Positions 19,942-29,058 of a stretch of 64,000 nt of DNA are shown here, in pieces. Source of the stretch: Candidatus Nanoarchaeia archaeon (GTDB lineage Archaea > Nanobdellota > Nanobdellia > Woesearchaeales > DATDTY01); assembly GCA_035290625.1 (NCBI GenBank), contig DATDTY010000051.1:4008-68007 (forward strand). The letters are read 5' to 3'. The notes under the pieces are model-generated. The model ran no database searches and was not told the origin of the DNA. It worked only from the letters and a program-made list of their open reading frames with translations. How positions within the stretch are numbered: the stretch's first letter is position 1; each line of letters begins with the position of its first letter. The translations under genes were made by a program, and so were the position numbers.

Positions 19942-21654
19942 ATGAATATGGTGTTTTTTGAGCTGAGCATCGTCATTATCGTTGCGACAGTGCTTGGAGG
20001 CCTGCTGAAGGCACTAAAGCAGCCCCTGATTCCGGCATATGTGATCGCAGGCCTGATTATAGGGCCTATTCTGGGATATGTAACTGATTCAGAGCTTATC
20101 AGCTCGCTTTCAGAGGTAGGCATCGCATTCCTTCTGTTCATTGTTGGGCTGGAGCTTGACTTCAAGAAGATCAGGAGCGTTGCCGGAGTTGCATTTGCTG
20201 CAGGGCTCATCAAGTCGTTGATCCTGTTTGCTGGAGGGGCATTCCTCGGAACGTGGTTCGGGTTTACAGGAACTGAAAGCTCCTACCTTGGCATAGTACT
20301 TGCTTTCTCCTCAACTGTTGTCGTAGTGAAGATGTACGCTGATACCAGGGAATTGGACACTCTGCATGGCAGGACTGTTATCGGGATTCTTCTTGCCGAA
20401 GACTTTCTGGCAATCCTTGCGCTCAGTGTGCTTTCAACAGGATCCGTATCTGTTGGAGATGCATCATTCATGCTTGCGAAGCTTGCAGGATTGCTGCTGG
20501 GCGCCATACTCTTTTCAAGATTTATTTTGGGCCCGCTGTACAAGTTTGCTGCCAAGAGCCAGGAGGTCTTCTTCCTGGTTTCCATCTCAATCGCCTTTCT
20601 TTTTGCCCTGGTTGCCAGCGGGTTGGGATTGAGCATCGTGATTGGGGCGTTTATTGCAGGAGTGGCGTTGGCAAACCTTCCTTATGCCTATGAGATTATC
20701 GGAAAGATAGTGCCGCTGAAGGATTTTTTTGCAACCATCTTTTTTGTCAGCCTGGGGCTTGTGCTGCCGCTCAACGAGATTCCTGCCATTGCCCTTCCCT
20801 TTGCAGTGTTGTTTGGTGTAGTCATCATCTTCAAGCCGCTGCTCGCCATGCTCATCAGTTCATTGCAGGGATTCACCAAGAGGCCGAGCTTCCTGGGAAG
20901 CATTTCAATAAGCCAGGTCTCTGAATTCTCCCTGATCATCGTTGCCCAGGCGATGGCGGTTGGAGCAGCAACAGGCCAGGAGCTCATAGGCCAGGATGTA
21001 TTTACCCTTACCGTGCTTCTTGCCATCTCCACGATGGCTGTGTCCTCCTACCTCATTGCCTATAAGGAGGCTATCTACGAGCAGCTCTCCCCCCTCCTGG
21101 GGATTTTCGAGCATCTGAGGGCAGGGAAACAGAGAGCTGAGTCAAAAAGAGTGAAGATCAAGCCGGAGATTATCCTTTTTGGCTACAACCGGATCGGGTA
21201 TAGCATTGTGCGAAAAGCAAAAGAGTTAAAAAAGAGAATCCTTATCATCGACTACGACCCGGAGGTTATCAGGCATTTGATTAAGAGGAAGACGCCATGC
21301 ATCTATGGGGACGTCACTGATCCGGAGATCCTCGATCGGGTGGATTTTGACACGTGCAAGATCCTCATCTCCACAGTTCCGGAATCGCATAATAACCTGC
21401 TGGTGCTGAGGAAGCTGCGAAAGATTTATCCGAAGATGATCATTTTTGTGACTGCAAATCATCTGCACGAAGCATTGGAGCTGTACGAGGAGGGCGCTGA
21501 TTACGTAATCCTGCCGCATTTCCTCGGCGGCGAGCACGTCGGCGTATTGATCGGGCAGCTTAGCATAGACCTGAACAGGATACTCAAGCACCGGAAGATG
21601 CATATCAAGGAGCTGCATCAGAGGAAAAAAGTGGGGCACATCATCAGGCAATGA
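19942..21654 (+). CDS. Kef-type K+/H+ (CPA2) antiporter with C-terminal RCK/TrkA-N domain
   Basis: About 12 predicted TM helices followed by ILFGYNRIGYSIVRKAKELKKRILIIDYDPEV...IYGDVTDPEIL, a Rossmann RCK domain. Confidence 0.8.
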   Translation: MNMVFFELSIVIIVATVLGGLLKALKQPLIPAYVIAGLIIGPILGYVTDSELISSLSEVGIAFLLFIVGLELDFKKIRSVAGVAFAAGLIKSLILFAGGAFLGTWFGFTGTESSYLGIVLAFSSTVVVVKMYADTRELDTLHGRTVIGILLAEDFLAILALSVLSTGSVSVGDASFMLAKLAGLLLGAILFSRFILGPLYKFAAKSQEVFFLVSISIAFLFALVASGLGLSIVIGAFIAGVALANLPYAYEIIGKIVPLKDFFATIFFVSLGLVLPLNEIPAIALPFAVLFGVVIIFKPLLAMLISSLQGFTKRPSFLGSISISQVSEFSLIIVAQAMAVGAATGQELIGQDVFTLTVLLAISTMAVSSYLIAYKEAIYEQLSPLLGIFEHLRAGKQRAESKRVKIKPEIILFGYNRIGYSIVRKAKELKKRILIIDYDPEVIRHLIKRKTPCIYGDVTDPEILDRVDFDTCKILISTVPESHNNLLVLRKLRKIYPKMIIFVTANHLHEALELYEEGADYVILPHFLGGEHVGVLIGQLSIDLNRILKHRKMHIKELHQRKKVGHIIRQ

Positions 21655-23162
21655 CAGACGACAGCGTTTATAGGCTCGTGAAAGCAGGCTTCATAAAATC
21701 GAAGTACAAGCCGCTGTATGCAGGGCTTGATGCATCAGCAAGAGCTAGGCTTGCAAAGAGCTTCCCCGGCAAGGAGGTAGAAGAGCATGCTGACGTGGAT
21801 ATCATAGAGATCGCAAAGGACCAGATGATCTCCACAGAGTACCCGGCCTCAAAGAGGAAATGGAGGCTTATCTTCGAAAGCACAAGGAACATTGAAGAGA
21901 CCTATTTCTGGATCCTGGACTACGCAAGAGATATGGGATTCTCAGAGTTTATCAAGACAACAGACAGCTTCACAGCAAGTGAGCATAGCTCATTTTTTGG
22001 AACAGCCCAGCAGCGCCTGGGATTGCAGCAGGACAGGGTATCGCAGTATCTTGCTACGATTGGCAAGATGGTCAAGGAGCTTTTCCAGCTGGTTCGGGAG
22101 CTGCGCATCCTGGATGAAAGGCTCGCGTACTACAGCGACAGCTATGACTATTTAAGCAGGAGCAGGGAAAGCGCAGAAATCACACTCAAAGGAACATTCA
22201 TCGACCAGGTCGAAGGAGGCGCAAAGAACCCTGCTTCGGTCTATGGAATGTCCAGGGAGCTTCAGTTTACTGTTCTCCCTGACCTTTTCTTTACTGTGCA
22301 CCCCAAGACAAGCAGGGATGTTGATGAGGCAGTGGACAGGCTTGAGTTTAACAGAAAGGTGAAGGAGGTGCTCAAGAGAAAGCTAAGGAGCTACATGGAG
22401 TGGAAGGAGCACACCTTTGACGAGCTTAAGAACAGGAGACGGTTTACGCTGAAGTACCTCAAGCAGCACTATGATGTGATCAAGATGTACATGACCTGGG
22501 TGAGGCCGTATTTGAGGAACATCCGCAGGCTGCAGTCAGAGGCAATGGATATCAAAAAAGCGAGCAGCGTGGACAGCATCTCTGCGTTTGAGGGATCGCT
22601 TATCGATATTGAGTTTATGGCTCTTGCCCTTCCTCAAGGCAATAAGGATGTGTACGCAGTTTCCCTGATCACCTTTGAGTACAGGACGATTCCTGCGATG
22701 AGCTTCCAGCAGGAGGGCTTTCAGCGAGGGCCGCTCCATTCAGGCGAGATCAAGATGAATTTCCGGTGTTATGCATGGACACGGGAGCAGATCAACAGCT
22801 ATAAGCAGATGAAAGAGGAGGAAGACATGGCTCTGCTCGGAGTCATTGATGGCTCAGTCCGGGCTGCGATGGAGGCATTGGGGACAGAGCTGGAGACCTA
22901 CTTGAAAGAAGCAGGGGAAGAGACATTCCAGAAAGGCGCTGTGAATGCGCCGGTAAGGGAGCCGGGTGTTGCTGAGCCGTTTATCGGAATTCTGAAGGGA
23001 TTTAAAGAGCTGTTTGGCGTGAAATCCGCGCCTGGCAAGAAGCCCAAGGTGGATGCCTTTAAGAGGGAGAAGGAAACGGACAATGCGTTTAAGACTGTAA
23101 AATCATTGACCTGGGCGATCTATAAGAATTACAAGAAGGCCCATAAGATGGTATCGTGGTAG
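21651..23162 (+). CDS. Hypothetical protein (503 aa), translationally coupled to the antiporter
   Basis: ATGA overlap with the upstream gene. Largely helical and charged; no recognisable motif. Confidence 0.45.
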   Translation: MTDDSVYRLVKAGFIKSKYKPLYAGLDASARARLAKSFPGKEVEEHADVDIIEIAKDQMISTEYPASKRKWRLIFESTRNIEETYFWILDYARDMGFSEFIKTTDSFTASEHSSFFGTAQQRLGLQQDRVSQYLATIGKMVKELFQLVRELRILDERLAYYSDSYDYLSRSRESAEITLKGTFIDQVEGGAKNPASVYGMSRELQFTVLPDLFFTVHPKTSRDVDEAVDRLEFNRKVKEVLKRKLRSYMEWKEHTFDELKNRRRFTLKYLKQHYDVIKMYMTWVRPYLRNIRRLQSEAMDIKKASSVDSISAFEGSLIDIEFMALALPQGNKDVYAVSLITFEYRTIPAMSFQQEGFQRGPLHSGEIKMNFRCYAWTREQINSYKQMKEEEDMALLGVIDGSVRAAMEALGTELETYLKEAGEETFQKGAVNAPVREPGVAEPFIGILKGFKELFGVKSAPGKKPKVDAFKREKETDNAFKTVKSLTWAIYKNYKKAHKMVSW

Positions 23163-23364
23163 GATTGCCTTGAGGCTCTGCTGAAACCGCATGCAGTGCC
23201 ATTTTTGCGAGGCGCAGGAATTGAAACAGCACACCGAGAGGAGGGTTGGCTCCTTCGGAGGATGTCGGTTTTCTGTAAGGCGTATCGAGCCGAGCGAAGC
23301 GAGAAGGATTTCAGCAGAGCCTAATTCAGAAACCTTTTTATAATCGCCTGCAATAAAAATCACT

Positions 23365-24639
23365 ATGCTGGATATCAAGATTATCCGAGAAAAGCCGGAT
23401 CTCATCAGAAAAGACCTGAAGAAGCGCAGAGACTCTGAAAAGCTCTCATGGCTTGACGGCCTCCTGCAAAAAGACAGGGAGTATCTCCTGACATTGCAGA
23501 AGGTTGAGGAACTCAGGGCAAGGCGAAACAAGGCAACAGAGGAGATACGGGAGCTGAAGAAGGAGGGAAAAGACATCAGCCAGAAGGTATCAGAGATCAA
23601 AGGGCTCGGAAACATTCAGGAACAGGAATCAAGGCTTAATGAATTGCTGGAAAAAATCCACTGGTACCTGCTCCGGCTGCCGAACCTTATGCATCCGTCT
23701 GTTCCTTATGGCAAGGATGAATCTGGCAATGTCCAGGTCAGGAAATGGGGCAGGCAGAAAAAGCCAGCATTCGAGCTTATCCCCCACGGAGAGCTTGCAG
23801 AAAAGCTGGGAGGCGCAGACTTTGAAGCAGCTGCCCAAGCCTCAGGAAGGGGGTTCTACTACCTTAAAGGCCATCTTGCCCTGCTCAATCGGGCATTAAT
23901 CAATCTTGCAATTACTCATCTCGTGAAAAAAGGATTTACATTTATTGAGCCCCCCTTGCTGATTAATAAAAAGGTTGTTGAGGGAGTGACTGACTACGAA
24001 TTCTTTGAGAATATGATCTACAAGATAGAGAATGAGGACCTTCATCTCATTGGAACGTCTGAGCACCCCTTGATGGGAATGTTTATGAACACGACAGTGA
24101 AGGAGGAAGATCTTCCGCTAAAGCTTGTCAGCTATTCTCCTTGTTTCAGGAAAGAAATCGGCAGCCATGGCATTGATGAGCGGGGGTTTTTCAGGGTGCA
24201 TCAGTTCCATAAGGTTGAGCAGGTTGTGCTTTGCACACCACAGCAGTCTGAAAAGCTGCATGAGGAGATCACAAAAAATGCAGAAGAGCTGATGAAGATA
24301 CTCAAACTCCCTTACCGGATCGTGAATATCTGCACAGGAGACCTTGGCATTGTTGCATCAAAGAAATACGACCTGGAGCTCTGGATGCCAAGGCAGAAGA
24401 AATACAAGGAGGCCGGCTCATCCTCAAACTGCACAGACTATCAGGCAAGAAGGCTGAACATCAGGTATGGGATTCCGGGGGCTCCAAAAAATCCCCTTGT
24501 CCATTCATTGAACAACACAGCAATTGCGACAAGCAGAGTGATAATTGCCATTTTGGAGAATTACCAGAAGAAGGACGGATCAGTTGAGGTTCCTGCTGCT
24601 TTACAGCCGTATATGGGAAGAATAAAAACCCTTAAATAA
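23365..24639 (+). CDS. serS: Seryl-tRNA synthetase (bacterial type)
   Basis: N-terminal coiled-coil arm, then class II motifs (FRKEIGSHGIDERGFFRVHQFHKVEQ, GSSSNCTDYQARRL). Confidence 0.9.
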   Translation: MLDIKIIREKPDLIRKDLKKRRDSEKLSWLDGLLQKDREYLLTLQKVEELRARRNKATEEIRELKKEGKDISQKVSEIKGLGNIQEQESRLNELLEKIHWYLLRLPNLMHPSVPYGKDESGNVQVRKWGRQKKPAFELIPHGELAEKLGGADFEAAAQASGRGFYYLKGHLALLNRALINLAITHLVKKGFTFIEPPLLINKKVVEGVTDYEFFENMIYKIENEDLHLIGTSEHPLMGMFMNTTVKEEDLPLKLVSYSPCFRKEIGSHGIDERGFFRVHQFHKVEQVVLCTPQQSEKLHEEITKNAEELMKILKLPYRIVNICTGDLGIVASKKYDLELWMPRQKKYKEAGSSSNCTDYQARRLNIRYGIPGAPKNPLVHSLNNTAIATSRVIIAILENYQKKDGSVEVPAALQPYMGRIKTLK

Positions 24640-24660
24640 CCATTCTGCCTCCTCAGGGCT

Positions 24661-25734
24661 ATGGCCCTCTTCGACAAGATGCTTTCTTCAAATGAGTCGT
24701 TGTTCAAGGATGAGATTGCCCTTTCCTTTGATTATATCCCCAAGATTGTTCCCTATCGCGAAGCCCAGCAGAGGCATATTGCATCGTGCATCGCCCCTCT
24801 CTTCAGCAAGAGGAACGGAAAGAGCCTGTTTATTTCAGGCAGGCCAGGGATTGGGAAGACTGTTGCGGTCCGCCATGTGCTTGGAGAGGTGGAAGAAAAG
24901 ACCGATGATATCATACCGCTCTATATCAACTGCTGGCAAAAAAATACCTCATTTAAGATTGCCATTGAGCTCTGCGAACAGCTCGGCTACAAGCTGACCA
25001 TGAACAAGCGGACTGATGAGCTGTTTAGCATTGCAAAGCAGATGCTCAATAAGAAGGAATGCGTGCTTGTGTTTGATGAAGTGGACAAGCTTGAGGAGTT
25101 TGACATCCTCTACCATATCCTTGAGGAGGTTTACAGGAGAGCAGTCATCATCATAACCAATGGAAAAGAATGGCTCGGCAACCTTGACGAAAGGTTGCGA
25201 TCAAGGCTTTCTACCGAGGTGCTTGAGTTCAGGCCGTACACCCAGTCTGAGACTGACGGGATCCTCCGGCAGCGGATCCAGTATGCGTTTGTTGCGGGCA
25301 TCTGGGAGCCTGAGGCGATTAGCCTTGTCAGCGAGAGAACAAGCCAGCTCCAGGATATCCGTTCAGGCCTCTTCCTCCTCAAAGAGGCAGGGGAGATCGC
25401 CGAGGCAAAGGCATCCAGAAAGATAACATTGGATCATGCCAGGGAAGCAATCACCAAACTCGCTGATTTCGAGATTAACAGCTCCCAGGACCTTGACACC
25501 GATGCGAAGAAGGTCTTGGACATCATCAAGGGAGAGCAGTCAGAGATCAAGAGCGGAGACCTCTTCCGGAAATACCAGGAGGCAGGAGGCACTGCTTCCT
25601 ACAAGACCATGCACCGCACCATCAAAAAACTCGAGCAGGGGAAATTCATCACTCTCCGCAAGGTCGAGGGCGGGAAAGAAGGAACGACATCATTGATACG
25701 GCTCAACACCGTGAAGAAGCTTACTGAGTTCTAG
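24661..25734 (+). CDS. cdc6: Orc1/Cdc6 replication initiator
   Basis: Walker A ISGRPGIGKT, Walker B VLVFDEVD, and a C-terminal winged-helix region. Confidence 0.85.
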   Translation: MALFDKMLSSNESLFKDEIALSFDYIPKIVPYREAQQRHIASCIAPLFSKRNGKSLFISGRPGIGKTVAVRHVLGEVEEKTDDIIPLYINCWQKNTSFKIAIELCEQLGYKLTMNKRTDELFSIAKQMLNKKECVLVFDEVDKLEEFDILYHILEEVYRRAVIIITNGKEWLGNLDERLRSRLSTEVLEFRPYTQSETDGILRQRIQYAFVAGIWEPEAISLVSERTSQLQDIRSGLFLLKEAGEIAEAKASRKITLDHAREAITKLADFEINSSQDLDTDAKKVLDIIKGEQSEIKSGDLFRKYQEAGGTASYKTMHRTIKKLEQGKFITLRKVEGGKEGTTSLIRLNTVKKLTEF

Positions 25735-25823
25735 CTGCCGGTTTCACCAGCTCTGAAAAGAATCCTCTAACTCATCGCTTCAACTGTCCAAGAACTCTTT
25801 TAATTTAGCCGGAGCCCAAAAAC

Positions 25824-26162
25824 CTAATATTTGAATCTTCGCGCATATGCTTTATGATCGAACCATTCAAGGATTACATTCAGAATCATAATCTCATTTG
25901 TTTGAATGGTATAGACGATTCTCCAACCATCAGGTAAATCATACTTCCATAAGTTCGTCACTGCATACTTTTTAATATACTCTTTAGGCCATAATCGTTT
26001 TTCAATTTTTGCTCCACAAGTAGGGTTCTTTTTCAAATCTTCTCTGGCCCGACTAATAAAACCATATAACTGCTTATCCTCAAACTTGCCTTCTTTCAAT
26101 GATTCAAAGTCGTTCTCCAGCTTTTTGTTGCCAAACGAAACATAGATAGGCTTATCATTCAT
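25824..26162 (-). CDS. RelE/ParE-superfamily toxin-like protein
   Basis: 112 aa. The C-terminal LPDGWRIVYTIQTNEIMILNVILEWFDHKAYARRF resembles the RelE/YoeB core. Its start overlaps the stop of the upstream small gene (ATGA). Confidence 0.5.
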   Translation of the reverse strand: MNDKPIYVSFGNKKLENDFESLKEGKFEDKQLYGFISRAREDLKKNPTCGAKIEKRLWPKEYIKKYAVTNLWKYDLPDGWRIVYTIQTNEIMILNVILEWFDHKAYARRFKY

Positions 26163-26425
26163 TTCAAAGTAACTCCTTCTGATAGTATCTTTTTTATCAT
26201 TTGAGGATTATAAGTCCAAATAATACAGCCATCTTTATCGATCATTATTTTTCCTGATTGTTCTAAATAACCCAAGATTATCTGAAATGTCTGGTACATC
26301 ATTTTTTTAGGTAACTTATTCCATAGCTGGTATTTGCCGCACTCTTGGCTGTATTTTTGTATCGTTTTCTCTACCATGAGCACAGATTCTAGTGTTGGGC
26401 TGTGCAAAATTGTTGTTTGTTTCAT
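26159..26425 (-). CDS. Putative antitoxin partner (88 aa)
   Basis: Only the C-terminal 88 codons of the 26159-26821 ORF are kept (start MKQTTILH). The rest overlaps the MraZ-like gene. Confidence 0.35.
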   Translation of the reverse strand: MKQTTILHSPTLESVLMVEKTIQKYSQECGKYQLWNKLPKKMMYQTFQIILGYLEQSGKIMIDKDGCIIWTYNPQMIKKILSEGVTLK

Positions 26426-26597
26426 CTTATATAAGTGTATATAATAGCTAATATTTATACTTTTCGGTTTTGGGGCTCTGAAGCGATGAGAATTCTTGGG
26501 CCCTCTCAGACAATTCCGAGCTCCCATGGTCAGCTGGCGCTTGGAAGACCGCAGGCAAGAAGCCTTGTGGAGCTGGATGGCCCGAGGGAGAGAAGAG

Positions 26598-27059
26598 CTA
26601 CGGTGAGCCCTCTTCCTTTGCAAGGAGCGCGAACAGCGTATCCTCCAGCGAGTAGATTGAGTCACCTGCGCCAAGGTCTTCGGTGTTTGATTCAAGCAGT
26701 TCCTGAAGCTTTGGAGTTGTAACATAGAATGAGTCGCCATTGCCAACAACAACTGCTGCTCCTGTCGGAAAGCCAGGAATGTTGACCCTTCCATCTTTGT
26801 CCACTGTCCTTGCATGCGCAACCATCAAGGCATAAAACTGTAACCGGTAAGGGTTGCCGATCGGGAATGCCCTATACTTTGATTGGAGCTGAGAGTATGT
26901 CTCAGGCGGAAAAACAATCGCCAGCGGGAGGTCTGGAACAACACGTATATAGAGATAGGGATCTGGGTCTGTGTTGATGATTGCCCTTATTTCAGCAGGG
27001 AGCAGCAGGCGCGACTTCGAATCCACTTTTTTCTTATATTTTCCAACAAGATAGCTCAT
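26598..27059 (-). CDS. mraZ: MraZ-like protein (tandem AbrB/SpoVT swapped-hairpin domains)
   Basis: MSYLVGKYKKKVDSKSRLLLPAEIR and ARTVDKDGRVNIPGFP match the two MraZ DxxxR repeats. Confidence 0.6.
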   Translation of the reverse strand: MSYLVGKYKKKVDSKSRLLLPAEIRAIINTDPDPYLYIRVVPDLPLAIVFPPETYSQLQSKYRAFPIGNPYRLQFYALMVAHARTVDKDGRVNIPGFPTGAAVVVGNGDSFYVTTPKLQELLESNTEDLGAGDSIYSLEDTLFALLAKEEGSP

Positions 27060-27114
27060 AAATATCTGGAGTTGCGCGCCTCTTTAAAAAACATGCGGCG
27101 CACAGCAAAAAAAC

Positions 27115-27215
27115 GGCTTCGGTGAAAATCAGTGCTGCCGCCTCTTTGCGAGGCTCTTAAGGGATAGTATGAGCTGAGTTGAGGGGGTTGCCCCATACGG
27201 GGCTTCACCGAAGCC
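27115..27215 (-). mobile_element. Internally deleted (101 bp) copy of the MITE family B element
   Basis: Termini GGCTTCGGTGAA...TTCACCGAAGCC (12-bp TIR). Its reverse complement matches the 3' third of the 60306-60510 copy (gaagccccgtatggg..caaccccctcaactcag..gagcctcgcaaagaggcggcagcactgattttcacc). Confidence 0.6.
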
Positions 27216-27261
27216 CAAAAACAAAACATATAAAAACAGGAGCAATCAGCCAGCTCAAGAG

Positions 27262-27795
27262 GTGGCTTTTATGAAACAGAATATCGCAGTCATGGTGTTT
27301 TTCTCAATTATGGCCTTGGCTATTGCTGGGTGCAGCGAGCCTGCAGCAGTCATGCAGCCGCCAAGCGTAGGCCCAATGCCAGGAAATGCTCCATCAGGAG
27401 AAGATGATGGAACTCCGGTATCCTCAAACATGCCTGCGATTCCCGGGGATGATGTTCCTGAGATGATTGTTGTGCCAGATGGAGAGGCTATGCAGGATTT
27501 GCAGGACATGCCTCAAGCCCCACTTAAAGAGTTCACAATGACTGCGCGCCAATGGGAATTCAGCCCAAGTGAAATTCGCGTGAATAAAGGCGATCGCGTG
27601 CGCATCAGCCTTACGAGCGAAGATGTGACCCACGGATTCAGGCTTTCTGAGTTCGGTGTTGATGAAAGGCTTCCTCCTGGACAAGAGATTATTGTTGAGT
27701 TCGTGGCAGACAAAGCAGGGACATTTCCATTCTCCTGCTCAGTGCCCTGCGGCTCAGGCCATGGAAGCATGACAGGAACGCTCATCGTTGAATAG
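27262..27795 (+). CDS. Cupredoxin-fold lipoprotein with CuA-type (COX2-like) copper site
   Basis: Signal peptide with lipobox-like LAIAGC, then the H-x(n)-C-x3-C-G-x-G-H-x2-M pattern (HGF...FSCSVPCGSGHGSM), as in CuA centres. Confidence 0.6.
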   Translation: MAFMKQNIAVMVFFSIMALAIAGCSEPAAVMQPPSVGPMPGNAPSGEDDGTPVSSNMPAIPGDDVPEMIVVPDGEAMQDLQDMPQAPLKEFTMTARQWEFSPSEIRVNKGDRVRISLTSEDVTHGFRLSEFGVDERLPPGQEIIVEFVADKAGTFPFSCSVPCGSGHGSMTGTLIVE

Positions 27796-27840
27796 AACCC
27801 TGATTTTGGTTGATTTCCGAGTTGTTTTCACCAGAGCCCG

Positions 27841-29019
27841 CTACCCGATCCATCTTGCCTTGAGTTCTGCATACTTCTTTTTCTTTATTGCAACCCGTAT
27901 CTCAGCGGTGAGGTTAAGAAAGAAGGAGACATTATGGTGGCTGAGAAGCGTAAATGCCAGCAGCTCTTTTGCATTGAAGAGATGGTTGATATATGCCCGT
28001 GAATAGAGCTTGCAGACACGGCATGGGCAATCAGAATCAATAGGGGCGGGGTCTTTCTTGAACGCTGCTGCCTTGAGCCTGACCCTGAATTTATTTCTCA
28101 TAGTGCCAAGGGGCGGCCGGACATAGGCATACCCGCATCTGGCTAGCCTTGTAGGGCTTACACAGTCAAAGAGGTCTATCCCCCGATCTACTGCCTCAAA
28201 GATGTCTTCAACAACACCTATGCCAAGGAGATGCCTCGGCTTTTCTTCCGGCAGCTCCTCCACAACCCAGTCAAGGATGTTATGCATGTCCTTCTTCGTC
28301 TTTCCCAGAGAGCCCCCTATGGCAATTGCGTCAAATGGCTGTGATGCGATGAATCTTGCAGACTGTTTCCTGAGGTCTTTCCAGTGGGAGCCCTGAACAA
28401 TGCCGGCCAAAGCCTGGCCAGAGGTATGGGCTGCAAGGGATTCCAAGGCCCACCTGTTGGTCCGTTCAAGGCTTTTCTTCACATAGGCTTTATCGCTGAG
28501 AGGAGACGTGCATTCATCCAGGGCAAGGATCATGTCTGCTCCCAGTTTTTCCTGCACCTCAATAGACTTCTTCGGAGTAAGAAACTGCCTTGAATTATCA
28601 TAGATTGACCGGAAATGGACGCCTTTCTCAGCTACCACTGCCAGCGGCTTTCCGGGCTTGAGCTGCTCATTCTTCCTTGGCTTGTACATCTTTGTTGTGC
28701 CATGCTCTTTTCCCAAGCCAAGAGAGAATGCCTGGAAGCCTCCGCTGTCTGTCACCAGGGGCTTTTTCCAGTTCATGAACTTGTTTAGCCCACCCAGCTC
28801 CTCAATGACATCTGCTCCTGGCTTCAGCATGAGATGGTACGTATTGCAGATCAGCATTTGGGCCTGAAGGCGGTCCAAAGGCACAGCCTTGACGGTTGCA
28901 TTGGTTGCAACAGGCATCAGTTCAGGAGTCTGCACGTTTCCATGCTTGAGCCTGAGGATTCCTATTCTCGCCATCCCGTCTTTGGCAAGCACCCGGAATT
29001 GCAATCTTCCCATTTGCAA
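27841..29019 (-). CDS. tgt: tRNA-guanine transglycosylase (queuine/archaeosine TGT family, short form without PUA)
   Basis: N-terminal LQFRVLAKDGMARIG..GNVQTPELMPVAT, and a zinc site DSDCPCRVC...H near the C-terminus. Confidence 0.85.
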   Translation of the reverse strand: MQMGRLQFRVLAKDGMARIGILRLKHGNVQTPELMPVATNATVKAVPLDRLQAQMLICNTYHLMLKPGADVIEELGGLNKFMNWKKPLVTDSGGFQAFSLGLGKEHGTTKMYKPRKNEQLKPGKPLAVVAEKGVHFRSIYDNSRQFLTPKKSIEVQEKLGADMILALDECTSPLSDKAYVKKSLERTNRWALESLAAHTSGQALAGIVQGSHWKDLRKQSARFIASQPFDAIAIGGSLGKTKKDMHNILDWVVEELPEEKPRHLLGIGVVEDIFEAVDRGIDLFDCVSPTRLARCGYAYVRPPLGTMRNKFRVRLKAAAFKKDPAPIDSDCPCRVCKLYSRAYINHLFNAKELLAFTLLSHHNVSFFLNLTAEIRVAIKKKKYAELKARWIG

Positions 29020-29058
29020 CAGAAAGAGTTAAGAATCATATAATACTTTGGAATTTCC

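Noticed and set aside
26159-26821. 220-aa minus-strand ORF
   Set aside because: The N-terminal 130 codons overlap the well-supported MraZ-like gene in another frame and are Arg/Ser-rich nonsense. Only the C-terminal 88 aa are retained as a possible antitoxin.
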